A stretch of 64,000 bases of DNA from positions 128,001 to 192,000 of the forward strand of contig JAAFKI010000112.1 of assembly GCA_021399345.1 (NCBI GenBank). The letters are read 5' to 3'. A program made the position numbers and the translations under genes. Shown here one piece after another: positions 38,901 through 48,159 of this stretch (its first letter is position 1; each line of letters starts with the position of its first letter). Below the pieces are notes generated by a model. It saw only the letters and a list, made by a program, of their open reading frames with translations. It was not told where the DNA came from and made no database searches. This stretch comes from Candidatus Heimdallarchaeota archaeon (GTDB lineage Archaea; Asgardarchaeota; Heimdallarchaeia; Heimdallarchaeales; Heimdallarchaeaceae).

Positions 38901-39707
38901 TTATTCACTAAACTCAGATATCTCATCATCGTTGTCTATTGGTACTATAGTTTCATCTTTAATTTTCGGTAAAATTGCATTCATTCTTGTAAGGATAATT
39001 GTATAGAGGATTGCTACAACAATAAGTGAAGGACGAATTATGAATTCAGCTATAGTATTTGGGGGGATTATGAAATAAATTATCGTTGAATATAAAACTG
39101 CAAATAAAATTAGAATCAGTATTGAAATTAAGGGCCAAAACATCTTTTTGATAAGTATCCACCACTTCTGAAGCACATCAAGCTCTTTAACTGGTTCGCT
39201 TTCAAAATCAGTTAAGGTTAAATTATCTTCGTAGTGTTTCACTTGTTCCTTTGCGTAATCTCCAGTTGGTAAAATGTAAAATCTTTCTTGAGAATAGAAT
39301 TCCAGAAAGAACATAGATAGGAGTAATCTCAAGGCTATACAAATCCCTGCAGATACTTGGTAAAGTATGATGTCAATTCTGCCAAGTGTATCTGGGAAAA
39401 ACATGGAATTTACATTTGCAAGTAATAGAGAAAATGCTGTACCCAAAATAAAGAAAATTCCGAAACTCAATTCATTTTTGAGATTCAAATCTCCGCCCCT
39501 AAATAAATCAATCATCAGATTGATAATACCTATTATTAGCCAGATTGTAAAAACATAAACATTCAAACTTATAGCTGACTGTAAAATTATTATTGCGATC
39601 GCTATCACCCCAAATAGATGATGACAAAATATCATAATCTGAGAGCCAGGAGCTGTTTTCTTGGTTTTTTTCCAATCATCCTCAAAGACTTTATCTCTTA
39701 TTCTCAT
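38901..39707 (-). CDS. Polytopic membrane protein, last gene of MoxR operon B, acidic C-tail
   Basis: About 6 TM helices; starts 1 nt after the DUF58 stop; ends DNDDEISEFSE. Confidence 0.75.
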   Translation of the reverse strand: MRIRDKVFEDDWKKTKKTAPGSQIMIFCHHLFGVIAIAIIILQSAISLNVYVFTIWLIIGIINLMIDLFRGGDLNLKNELSFGIFFILGTAFSLLLANVNSMFFPDTLGRIDIILYQVSAGICIALRLLLSMFFLEFYSQERFYILPTGDYAKEQVKHYEDNLTLTDFESEPVKELDVLQKWWILIKKMFWPLISILILILFAVLYSTIIYFIIPPNTIAEFIIRPSLIVVAILYTIILTRMNAILPKIKDETIVPIDNDDEISEFSE

Positions 39708-39708
39708 T

Positions 39709-41100
39709 TTATCGCCCTAATGCTTCTTGTACTAATCTATGTGATGGGGAATATTTATTCATCAACCTGTAAAGTGACAAAATTATGTTATCTTCATACC
39801 CATTAATCTCCACATAATCACCACCAACTGAATATAGAATTCGTCTAATTTCAGCTTCTCTCTTCAGATATTCATCTCTCACTAAACTAGGAAAGACATT
39901 ATCTATGATATCTCTATATTCAATATTCTGAGCTTCATTAGCTATCCATTCAGATGAGGCAAGAATATTGAAATCCATAGTAGAAAAATTAACGAATATT
40001 ACTCGGCTCCCCATAGAATGAAGCAAATGTAACCCTTGAAGTTTCTTTTTTAAATCACCTTCCAAATCAGAAAATATTATAGCTATTGAATGATTCAATT
40101 GATTGTTTTTAGTAAATTTCACAGCATTGATGAAGTTACTTTCAACCCCAAGGGGCTCAATATCAAATAAATTTAACATTAATCTCAATTCATTTCTCCC
40201 AACTTGGGGAACAATGAATCTACTAACATTGTCCCCATATGCAATCACTGCCAAATCATGGCTTGTCCCTCTGATGAGTGAGGAAACTTCAACAGCAGAA
40301 GATAAAGAGTGTTCAAATTTAGGACCAAACATAGTACTTCCTAAATCAAGGTATATTAGGAAGTGAAGATTTCTTTCATCTTCATATTCTCTGGTAATCA
40401 ATTTGTCATGTCTTGCAGTAGCAAACCAGTCTATGTGTTTTACTTCATCACCTGGGAGGTAATCACGAAGTGCAAAGAATTCATCGCCGCGACCCTTAAC
40501 CCTTTGAGCAAATTCATGGACCATTTTAAGAAGAAGTTCTTTCTTTGTTTTCCATGGTATATTGATACGTGGTCTTTGGGGAAGCACCTTTATTGCTGTA
40601 ATTTCTCTCAGAATTCTTAGATTTTTAAACAGCTGTTGATGAGGTCCTACAGCTATTTCTATTGGTCCAATTTCTGCATTTCCTCTTCGAACTGCTAATA
40701 ATATCCATACAACTTTCTGTGTTTGATCTGGTTCTAATCTTAGATATAATTGATCTGGTATGTTGATACTTTGGAAGTGATATGAAAATCGCAATGTGGT
40801 TTTAATCATAATTGTTTTTTTCGAACAATTGGTCAGATTTACTGCAACAGCGAGTAAACCTCTACTCCTTAGATACTCTTTTGATATTCTCACATCAACA
40901 TCAAAAGAAACATCTTGTGTTGTTAGGTAGTGAACAAATGCAGAAGCTATTACTAACCAGAAAAGAAGACCTGGAATAATTAAGAGATAGTTATCAATAG
41001 ATAAACCTAGAACTATAGACAAACTTCCCAAAAGGATGAATATCCTTCCATTCTTTGTTAATTCAAAGACTTTTTCCTCTTCCATAGTTAACTTCCTCAT
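39709..41100 (-). CDS. DUF58 protein (operon B), degenerate MIDAS
   Basis: 2 TM; GDEFFALRDYLPGDEVKHIDWFATAR..ITREYE; DLGST; IFSDLE. Confidence 0.9.
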   Translation of the reverse strand: MRKLTMEEEKVFELTKNGRIFILLGSLSIVLGLSIDNYLLIIPGLLFWLVIASAFVHYLTTQDVSFDVDVRISKEYLRSRGLLAVAVNLTNCSKKTIMIKTTLRFSYHFQSINIPDQLYLRLEPDQTQKVVWILLAVRRGNAEIGPIEIAVGPHQQLFKNLRILREITAIKVLPQRPRINIPWKTKKELLLKMVHEFAQRVKGRGDEFFALRDYLPGDEVKHIDWFATARHDKLITREYEDERNLHFLIYLDLGSTMFGPKFEHSLSSAVEVSSLIRGTSHDLAVIAYGDNVSRFIVPQVGRNELRLMLNLFDIEPLGVESNFINAVKFTKNNQLNHSIAIIFSDLEGDLKKKLQGLHLLHSMGSRVIFVNFSTMDFNILASSEWIANEAQNIEYRDIIDNVFPSLVRDEYLKREAEIRRILYSVGGDYVEINGYEDNIILSLYRLMNKYSPSHRLVQEALGR

Positions 41101-41107
41101 GCTTAGG

Positions 41108-42052
41108 TTAAATTACAACTTCAACTTCTGACAGAATATTTTGGATAATTTCTGAAACCCTAATTTGTTCAATTTCAGCTTCAGGAGACAAGATCAATCT
41201 ATGATTCATGACTGGAAAGAAAATAGATTTGATATCATCTGGTTCTACAAAATCTCTTCCTCTTATTGCAGCAATTGATCTACTTAATGTTAACAAAGCT
41301 ATAGAACCTCTAGGGCTTGCGCCCAATGCTAGAGATGGTACCGATCTTGTAGCAACAACAAGTTTTGCTATATATTCGATTATCTGATTGCTCAAAATTA
41401 CGCCACCTTCTATCTCATTTGATAATTTTTGTAAAGTATCCTTTTTTGTAACAGCGTTTACATCAGCAAACATTTGTTCTTTCTTTTTCAGCAGCATAGA
41501 TATTTCTCCTTGCAAAGAGGGAGGATAAACAGGTATTTTTACAAGGAATCGGTCAATCTGAGCTTCTGGGAGAGGATAGACTCCGGTACTTTCAATGGGA
41601 TTTTGAGTCGCAATTACCATGAAAGGTTCTGGAAGTTTGTATGTTTTTTTTCCTGAAGAAACTTGTTTCTCTTGCATTGCTTCTAAAAGAGCTGATTGTG
41701 TCTTTGGAGGACTTCTGTTTATTTCATCAGTTAGAAGAATATTGGTGAAAACTGGTCCTTCAATGAAATTGAACGAGCTTGTTTCTCTTTCATATATATT
41801 TCCACCAGTAATATCTGCAGGCATCAAATCGCTTGTAAATTGAATTCGTTTAAATCCTACTTTCATTACTTCTGCTAGAGTGCTTGCCATCAAAGTTTTG
41901 GCTATTCCTGGTACACCTTCTAGAAGAACATTTCCTCCACTTAGTAGTGAAGCAAACATAAGTTCAATGACATTTTCATTTCCAACAATCCTTTTCTTCA
42001 TTTCGTCCATAATTTTACTGAATATTTCTTTCGTTTCTTGTATTTGTGTCAT
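41108..42052 (-). CDS. moxR: MoxR-family AAA+ ATPase (operon B)
   Basis: LLEGVPGIAKT, RIQFTSDLMPAD, DEINRSPPKTQSALLEAM, ATQNPIE..YPLPEAQIDRF, GASPR. Confidence 0.95.
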   Translation of the reverse strand: MTQIQETKEIFSKIMDEMKKRIVGNENVIELMFASLLSGGNVLLEGVPGIAKTLMASTLAEVMKVGFKRIQFTSDLMPADITGGNIYERETSSFNFIEGPVFTNILLTDEINRSPPKTQSALLEAMQEKQVSSGKKTYKLPEPFMVIATQNPIESTGVYPLPEAQIDRFLVKIPVYPPSLQGEISMLLKKKEQMFADVNAVTKKDTLQKLSNEIEGGVILSNQIIEYIAKLVVATRSVPSLALGASPRGSIALLTLSRSIAAIRGRDFVEPDDIKSIFFPVMNHRLILSPEAEIEQIRVSEIIQNILSEVEVVI

Positions 42053-43335
42053 TTATATCGCCTTCTTTTTTGTATGATTTCCAACTTCTTAAACAGAAAT
42101 AGGAATGTATCGTGATCTAATTTCTTTGTTAGTGCGAGCTCATAAAGCTCTCTCTCTTCCTCTTCGAATAGATGAGAAGGAACAAATTTCATCTTCTCTA
42201 GAATAAAATAATTATAACCCTTACTTGGATAAAGTTCATGTTGAAAATATAAATAGGAAAGAACTTTTTCCTCAACTGTTGGATTAATGGGGGATCCAAA
42301 TGTATCAAATAGCTCTCTCCGTCTACTCCAGATTTTTTTTGATATAAATTTCTTATAGGATTCCTTTGTTTTATATACGTCTTTAATTCTTGGAGTTAAA
42401 TAATAAAAAATCAACAATAAAAGAACTGCCACGAAGATGAAATATCGAGTTTTTGACAACAAAATCACAGCTCCATATGTTTGGTTAACTATACCTTCTG
42501 TAGAAGCGAAGGGCCACCTTTTGTGGCTTTCTTCAAAACAAACTAAAGATTCTGAACCCCCAGAGTATGCTCCAATAAGATTTATTGCAAGATTAATATT
42601 ATCAAATCCCGCAGTGTACAAATCATTAGAAAGAAAACTTACTGCAGAAATTGCTACTATTACTCCAGAACCTCTACTTATTGCTACAGCTACCTTGTAG
42701 CTTCTAGTACTTTCTGAGACTTGATTCCACATCTTGTCTCCATTTTTGTCGATAAAAGTTGTTGGCTCAGTTGCAATTGATTGAACTTCAGTTTGTTGTG
42801 AGCTTGTTGAAACATAGAGAATTGCTTTCGCTTGAGCAAAACACAATGTTCCATTAACAGTTGCGGGTGAATGTGCAAAAATAAATTCTGGAGTGGGGTA
42901 GTAATTTTCTGTTTCTAAAAGCATAGAAGCAGATATTCCCAAACCTAAATATCTTGCAAGATCATAGGAAGAACCTGACCCCACAAGAAGAAGAAGGGTT
43001 CCCCCTCGCCCAATAAACGAATCTATAACAATTTTTTCTGCAGATCTATAGTTTTTAGCCCCTCCTGCAATTACAAGAATTGAGGAATCAGGTAGTGTCT
43101 TTACTGGTTCGGTTGACAAGATAGTCCTAGTGGTATTAAATCCTCTTTCCTGAAGAAGTGAATTAAAGATAGACAGTCCACTTGGTGAAGTGTCATATAT
43201 TGTATAAGGAGGAGGAGAACTAGTAATATTGATGCTTAAGGGAATTGTAACTATAGCAAATATCAGTAGAGTTTGAATAACCATTTTAAAGAATGGTGAA
43301 TATTTATTGGAAAAGAAAGCCTTTGAAAACTTCAT
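42049..43335 (-). CDS. DUF4350 domain membrane protein (operon B)
   Basis: TM, YTIYDTSPSGLS, FIGRGGTLLL, GSGVIVAIS..FLSN, CFEESH, TM; ATGA-type overlaps on both sides. Confidence 0.75.
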   Translation of the reverse strand: MKFSKAFFSNKYSPFFKMVIQTLLIFAIVTIPLSINITSSPPPYTIYDTSPSGLSIFNSLLQERGFNTTRTILSTEPVKTLPDSSILVIAGGAKNYRSAEKIVIDSFIGRGGTLLLLVGSGSSYDLARYLGLGISASMLLETENYYPTPEFIFAHSPATVNGTLCFAQAKAILYVSTSSQQTEVQSIATEPTTFIDKNGDKMWNQVSESTRSYKVAVAISRGSGVIVAISAVSFLSNDLYTAGFDNINLAINLIGAYSGGSESLVCFEESHKRWPFASTEGIVNQTYGAVILLSKTRYFIFVAVLLLLIFYYLTPRIKDVYKTKESYKKFISKKIWSRRRELFDTFGSPINPTVEEKVLSYLYFQHELYPSKGYNYFILEKMKFVPSHLFEEEERELYELALTKKLDHDTFLFLFKKLEIIQKRRRYK

Positions 43336-44129
43336 TCTACCTCACCTAGTTGTTTTGTTTGAGATATCTGAATATCGATTTCCTTACCACTCAAATCTTT
43401 GATAGTTTTCAATTCCAGTATAAACTGTTCAAGATCATCATAGGTCATTTGAGAAATTCTATATCGTGCCACATAGAAGATATCTATTATCCATTTGAAA
43501 TGGGGGAGGATTTCAGGTAAATCTAGAGATAAGGAAAATTCTTTTGGTGTAAGGTAAGTTTCTCTTTTAATTCCAAGAACCAATTTCATATTCTTATCCA
43601 ATTGATGATATCCAAAGATTATGCCCTCAGCAAAATTTCCTTTTTTCAAATAATCTTCTAAAACATCAACTAAGGTAACAATCCGAGTACTGAATTTTTG
43701 TCTTCTTGTAGAAATTGTGGATTTACTTTGTACTGAACTTGCACTTGTTGAACTCACTTCTTTCCTTTTTCGAAAGTATAGCATGAAAACTAGTATTAAA
43801 ATCGCAACTCCTATGCCTATAGGAAGTATTCGGGAAGAAATACTAGGTTTTTCAGTTTGCGTGATTCCACCATTTGAAGGAGTAGGAGGAGTAGCGGTTG
43901 GGTAAGTTGGTCCAGAAGTGGTTGATAAAGGATCTGACGTCGTATTGAAATCCCCAATATTTGTTGTAGTAAGCGTACTAACCGGAATATCATTAATACT
44001 TTCATAACTTTCTTGAGAACTATTTAACAAGATGAAAATGATTAGACAAACTACTAGAAGTAGAATTCTAAAATTAAAGTACTTACTAATATTTCTAGAC
44101 ATTGTTTTCACCTTCCATGGAATCGTCAA
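43332..44129 (-). CDS. DUF4129 protein with short T/P/S-rich extracellular linker between two TMs (operon B)
   Basis: TM, T/P-rich stretch, TM, then RETYLTPKEF...IFYVARY. Confidence 0.75.
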   Translation of the reverse strand: MTIPWKVKTMSRNISKYFNFRILLLVVCLIIFILLNSSQESYESINDIPVSTLTTTNIGDFNTTSDPLSTTSGPTYPTATPPTPSNGGITQTEKPSISSRILPIGIGVAILILVFMLYFRKRKEVSSTSASSVQSKSTISTRRQKFSTRIVTLVDVLEDYLKKGNFAEGIIFGYHQLDKNMKLVLGIKRETYLTPKEFSLSLDLPEILPHFKWIIDIFYVARYRISQMTYDDLEQFILELKTIKDLSGKEIDIQISQTKQLGEVE

Positions 44130-45081
44130 TAACTAACTTACTCTCACTTAAGAATGCATATACCCTACATAATGGCCAGTAATCAGTCAAGCAAATCTGA
44201 TACTTATGTTCTGCTGTAACATAACCCAAATATGCACATTTGCCTTCAGCAAAATACTTGCAATATTTCTTCTCTGTGGATTTTAATAGGCTCTCTACTT
44301 TTCGATTCATGTAAACCATAGATAATGCGTGGTATTGTCTATCTTCAGATTTAGGCGGTTTATCCAGATCAAAAACTGTTTTTACTGACAGAGGCATTTT
44401 TGGTTGTATTAGGTTAGAATAAGTTATTTTCGCTCCTTTCTTAGGGAGAAACATATTTATGAATAATTTACCAAATCGAACACCTATTACCCCCCCTAGA
44501 GAACCAATAATTAAGAAAGATACTGAAAATACAAAAATGAAACCTAGATACCAAAAACCTGCAAAGACTCCCGAGATACTAGCTGCTAAAGAACTGAATA
44601 AAATCACTTGCGAAAGATGTAGTGTAATAAAAAGTAAAAATGTTATTAGTGCAGAACTAAGAACTAAATCACGCGCTTCTTCTCCCCAAAAAAGTGCACA
44701 AATGATCCCAGCTAAAAAGAATGGTAAAAAAATGGTGAGCACATAATTGGTAATCAGAGAATCTATGTTTTGTGAAATGAAAGTGGATAGAAATGGGAGA
44801 TAAAGAATTTCTTCAGGACTCCAAATAAGTCCATAGAATAATGAAAAATCATCTAAATAATACAATATCAAGCTGAGAGTAATTGATATGGCATAAGTGA
44901 TAGCAAGATACGTTGAGGTTCTTCTGATCAAAACTCCTAGATACTCCCGTTTTCCCCTATTCTTTAAGGAGGGAAAGAATAGCTTATAGAGAAGATATTT
45001 GAAATCAAGCTTAAAGGGAGCAGGTCCCTTTTTTCCTGTTTTTGGTGGGGGAGGGTTGTAAGAAGCATCTCGTCTTTCCAT
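44095..45081 (-). CDS. 4-TM membrane protein with C-terminal C-x7-C-x14-C-x7-C cluster (operon B)
   Basis: Hydrophobic helices, then CKYFAEGKC...QICLTDYWPLC; GGTGA SD. Confidence 0.7.
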   Translation of the reverse strand: MERRDASYNPPPPKTGKKGPAPFKLDFKYLLYKLFFPSLKNRGKREYLGVLIRRTSTYLAITYAISITLSLILYYLDDFSLFYGLIWSPEEILYLPFLSTFISQNIDSLITNYVLTIFLPFFLAGIICALFWGEEARDLVLSSALITFLLFITLHLSQVILFSSLAASISGVFAGFWYLGFIFVFSVSFLIIGSLGGVIGVRFGKLFINMFLPKKGAKITYSNLIQPKMPLSVKTVFDLDKPPKSEDRQYHALSMVYMNRKVESLLKSTEKKYCKYFAEGKCAYLGYVTAEHKYQICLTDYWPLCRVYAFLSESKLVIDDSMEGENNV

Positions 45082-45089
45082 ATTATCAC

Positions 45090-46805
45090 CTAAATTACTA
45101 TAAGATTCGTCCCCCTTGCAGCTTTTATGATGAACCTTATGAACAGAACATCAAGTAATAGTATCAAACTAATACCAATCAGTCCAAAGAAGATTTGATA
45201 GATAGATATTATCAAAAAAACAGCAAATATTGACAAGTACAGGGTTGTTATTAGAAGAGAAAATGCAACAATGGCTGTGATGTTAATAGAAGCTAAAATT
45301 GATTTAACTCTGTTTTTTGAAGATCTGTACCAAGCAATGCTAACACCTAGAGCAATTATAACACTCAGGAGAAATATAGTATTCCCCAAGAAATGCAAGG
45401 AATTTTCAATTGTACTAAAAACAAAAGCAAAGATAATAATTATACCAACTCCTAAAATCCTAGTAAAACCAACAGAAAAATGTATGTAAAGAGGTGGTGA
45501 TGAAGAGCCCATTTTTTCATGCAATGTTGGAACATCTGAACCACATGCCCAACAATTTCTGCTAAAAGCTGGAACAACTTGGTTGCAGTTTTCGCATTGA
45601 AGTTTAGGAAAAGACCAACAATTACCACAAAACTGTCCATTGTAAAGAGGATACTGACATTCAGGACATAGCATCATTCTTGTTGATTCGTCAATAAGTC
45701 TCTTAACACTCTTCTTCTTCTTAATTTTCTTCTCATACATCGTGTTTTTCCCCTCATATTGTTCACAATCATTGATTCTATGTTCACTATGACAACTAGG
45801 ACAAATTTTCGGAACATTAAATAAAATCCAAATCGCAAATAAACCAAAAATACCATAGGAAACATAACCCATTAGTTGAAGTTGGGAAATAATGAATTTC
45901 TCGCTAAAAACTTGGAAATTATAATTCCAGTATGCATGAAAACCAACAGAAATTAACAGAAACAGAATAAAAATTATTCTTGAAGCTAATTTCTTCTTGT
46001 TTTTTCTTGATATGAAGAGAAAACCTACTCCGAATGCAAGTAACATAGAAGTGACAGAATGTAAGGGAAATATAGTTCTCGTATTAATTAGTATGTCTAT
46101 TATTTCTTGATTATTTAATGCTGAAGCGAAATATCCTGTTGGAGGATTGCTCAAAATTGAGAAGGACAGGAACTGTTCAAACAAATCAAACCATGCTCCA
46201 TAAAAAGCCCCTAATAAAACAAAAGTTCGATGGGTTGGGATTAAATTAGTTACAATATTCTTTTTTCCAACGCTAATTCTTGCATAGTTTCCAAGAAGAA
46301 TAAGAAGCGGAAATATCTTTGCAAATTCCTCAATAAGAGGAATTATTGAAACATACAATACTGAATTAGCCAATTCATAAGTAGCTCCTGGCACGCCTAT
46401 TGAAGTTAAAAGACTTCTAAAAGAAAAAATTAGTAAAGTAGCTTTGTTCTCTATCACAGTTGCAAAGTAAGCTGTTAGTGAAGCTGTAACTAATAACAAT
46501 GGAAATATTTTCCTTATAACTGATTTTTCAATATTAGTACTAGTTATGGAGAAAAGAAAATAAAGACTGAAAATCCAAACTAGAAAAAATAGAATAATTA
46601 CAAATATTAGTACAATTGAAAAATAATTTGATTCAACATAATAACTCAATAAAGAATAAGGTAGATACATCATACCAATCAAAATGCCAACTAAAACCAA
46701 TTTTCCTAAGCTTGAAAGACTGAAGATTCTATTGTACAAAAATCTGTTAGGAACCACTATGGAAGAACTACTCTCACTAACATTCTCCTCTGAAGTTCTC
46801 AACAT
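45090..46805 (-). CDS. PrsW-family intramembrane protease with internal zinc ribbons (first gene of operon B)
   Basis: PLIEEFAK, FDLFEQ, PLHSVTS, GFHAYWN motifs; CPSC-H-C, CPEC/CGNC, CENC/CWAC; 4 further TM. Confidence 0.8.
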   Translation of the reverse strand: MLRTSEENVSESSSSIVVPNRFLYNRIFSLSSLGKLVLVGILIGMMYLPYSLLSYYVESNYFSIVLIFVIILFFLVWIFSLYFLFSITSTNIEKSVIRKIFPLLLVTASLTAYFATVIENKATLLIFSFRSLLTSIGVPGATYELANSVLYVSIIPLIEEFAKIFPLLILLGNYARISVGKKNIVTNLIPTHRTFVLLGAFYGAWFDLFEQFLSFSILSNPPTGYFASALNNQEIIDILINTRTIFPLHSVTSMLLAFGVGFLFISRKNKKKLASRIIFILFLLISVGFHAYWNYNFQVFSEKFIISQLQLMGYVSYGIFGLFAIWILFNVPKICPSCHSEHRINDCEQYEGKNTMYEKKIKKKKSVKRLIDESTRMMLCPECQYPLYNGQFCGNCWSFPKLQCENCNQVVPAFSRNCWACGSDVPTLHEKMGSSSPPLYIHFSVGFTRILGVGIIIIFAFVFSTIENSLHFLGNTIFLLSVIIALGVSIAWYRSSKNRVKSILASINITAIVAFSLLITTLYLSIFAVFLIISIYQIFFGLIGISLILLLDVLFIRFIIKAARGTNLIVI

Positions 46806-46993
46806 TTCTATTCTCCTGAAGTAGTTTAGCAGACACAGGTATTTTCTTGTCGAGAAATATAAAATTAATACACTTAAATCTATTTTGGGATAATGATTTA
46901 CTGAAAAACATAAACCTTACTTTCAAAAAATAAAAAAATCTAGAACAAAGATATTTAATAAGAGTGATATTATGCTCTTATAGGTTTTCTGAA

Positions 46994-47251
46994 TTATTCG
47001 ATTAAGGCAGATTCTGTAATGTCTCCAATTGCTTTGAACAACCCAACGAAGAAGACTAACAGACCAACGACTAAACCAATAAACCATACATAGGATACGG
47101 AAGACGCGTCAAGTGCGACAAATCCTAATTCTGCAATTCCGCCGTTAAGTAAAGCTCCAAACGAGATCAAAGCAACAACTAAAGGTATTAAACCAAGAAA
47201 GAAGAACAGAATTGAAACCTTCAATGATTGTATTATGCTTACCATATGCAA
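46994..47251 (-). CDS. Small 2-TM membrane protein
   Basis: Two hydrophobic helices; GAGG upstream. Confidence 0.6.
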   Translation of the reverse strand: MHMVSIIQSLKVSILFFFLGLIPLVVALISFGALLNGGIAELGFVALDASSVSYVWFIGLVVGLLVFFVGLFKAIGDITESALIE

Positions 47252-47353
47252 AACCTCTGTTTTTTATTTTTAAGAATCTATGCCTAAAGAATCTTTTAAA
47301 TGTTTGTTTACTGCCCCCTCAATTTCATGTTTAAACAAAGCTAAGACAAATAA

Positions 47354-48073
47354 TTAGAGCTTCTTAGTAAGCTTTTCTACTTTTTCCTTTATCTCTTGAA
47401 TTCTACTCCGAGAGCCTGCTAGTTGATAATTTTGCAAGGCTTCAGCATAATATTTCAACGCCATCTCTGGTTTTTCATCTTCTACAAAAAGGGCATTGTA
47501 GAACGCAAGATGAGCTTTTATAATTGGTTCCTCAGATCCTCTTTCTTCAATTAACTCTACTGCCTTTTTAAGATATAATTTTCTACCAGAAATATGCTTT
47601 TCTGCTGCAGCTCTAGATATGTATGATTTAGCTTTACAATCCATCTCATCGGCTTTGTTATCAAGTCTCTGATAGGAGATAGCAGCTTGTTCAAAATATG
47701 AGGCGGCATCTACAAACCTTCTTTCTTTCATCTGTTGTATCGCCATAACTCTAAGGATTTTAGCTTGCTGTTCAAAAACTCTTTGATATTCAGTAATCAT
47801 ACCTAATCTTTGGTAGAAACCACCAGAACGACCTAGATAATTAGCTGCTTCTAATGCTTTGTTATATTTTATTGCACTCATTCCCAAGTATTCATTTTGT
47901 AGAGCTTTAGCCACGTCCATTTGCTTTCTATTATCTTCTTCTTTTAGAATTTCAATTGCAGACTCTGCAAACTTAGCAGCTTCTTTGTAGTTCTTTTGCT
48001 GAGCTGCTAATCGTGCTTTTCCCAATTCTTCATTTGCTTTTTCTTTGGAAGATTTTCGAGTTCCTTTAAACAA
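47354..48073 (-). CDS. Alpha-helical TPR/SNAP-like repeat protein
   Basis: Repeats EAAKFAESAIEIL, EAANYLGRSGGFYQRLG, DAASYFEQAAISYQRLD, ALKYYAEALQNYQLAG; TTG start with GAGGTG. Confidence 0.7.
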   Translation of the reverse strand: MFKGTRKSSKEKANEELGKARLAAQQKNYKEAAKFAESAIEILKEEDNRKQMDVAKALQNEYLGMSAIKYNKALEAANYLGRSGGFYQRLGMITEYQRVFEQQAKILRVMAIQQMKERRFVDAASYFEQAAISYQRLDNKADEMDCKAKSYISRAAAEKHISGRKLYLKKAVELIEERGSEEPIIKAHLAFYNALFVEDEKPEMALKYYAEALQNYQLAGSRSRIQEIKEKVEKLTKKL

Positions 48074-48159
48074 TAAAGAACACCTCTCTTAGAAAGTTTT
48101 CAAGCTAGATTAAAATTATAACGTTTTTAAATTACTGTTGGTGACAATCGACAGCTGTT

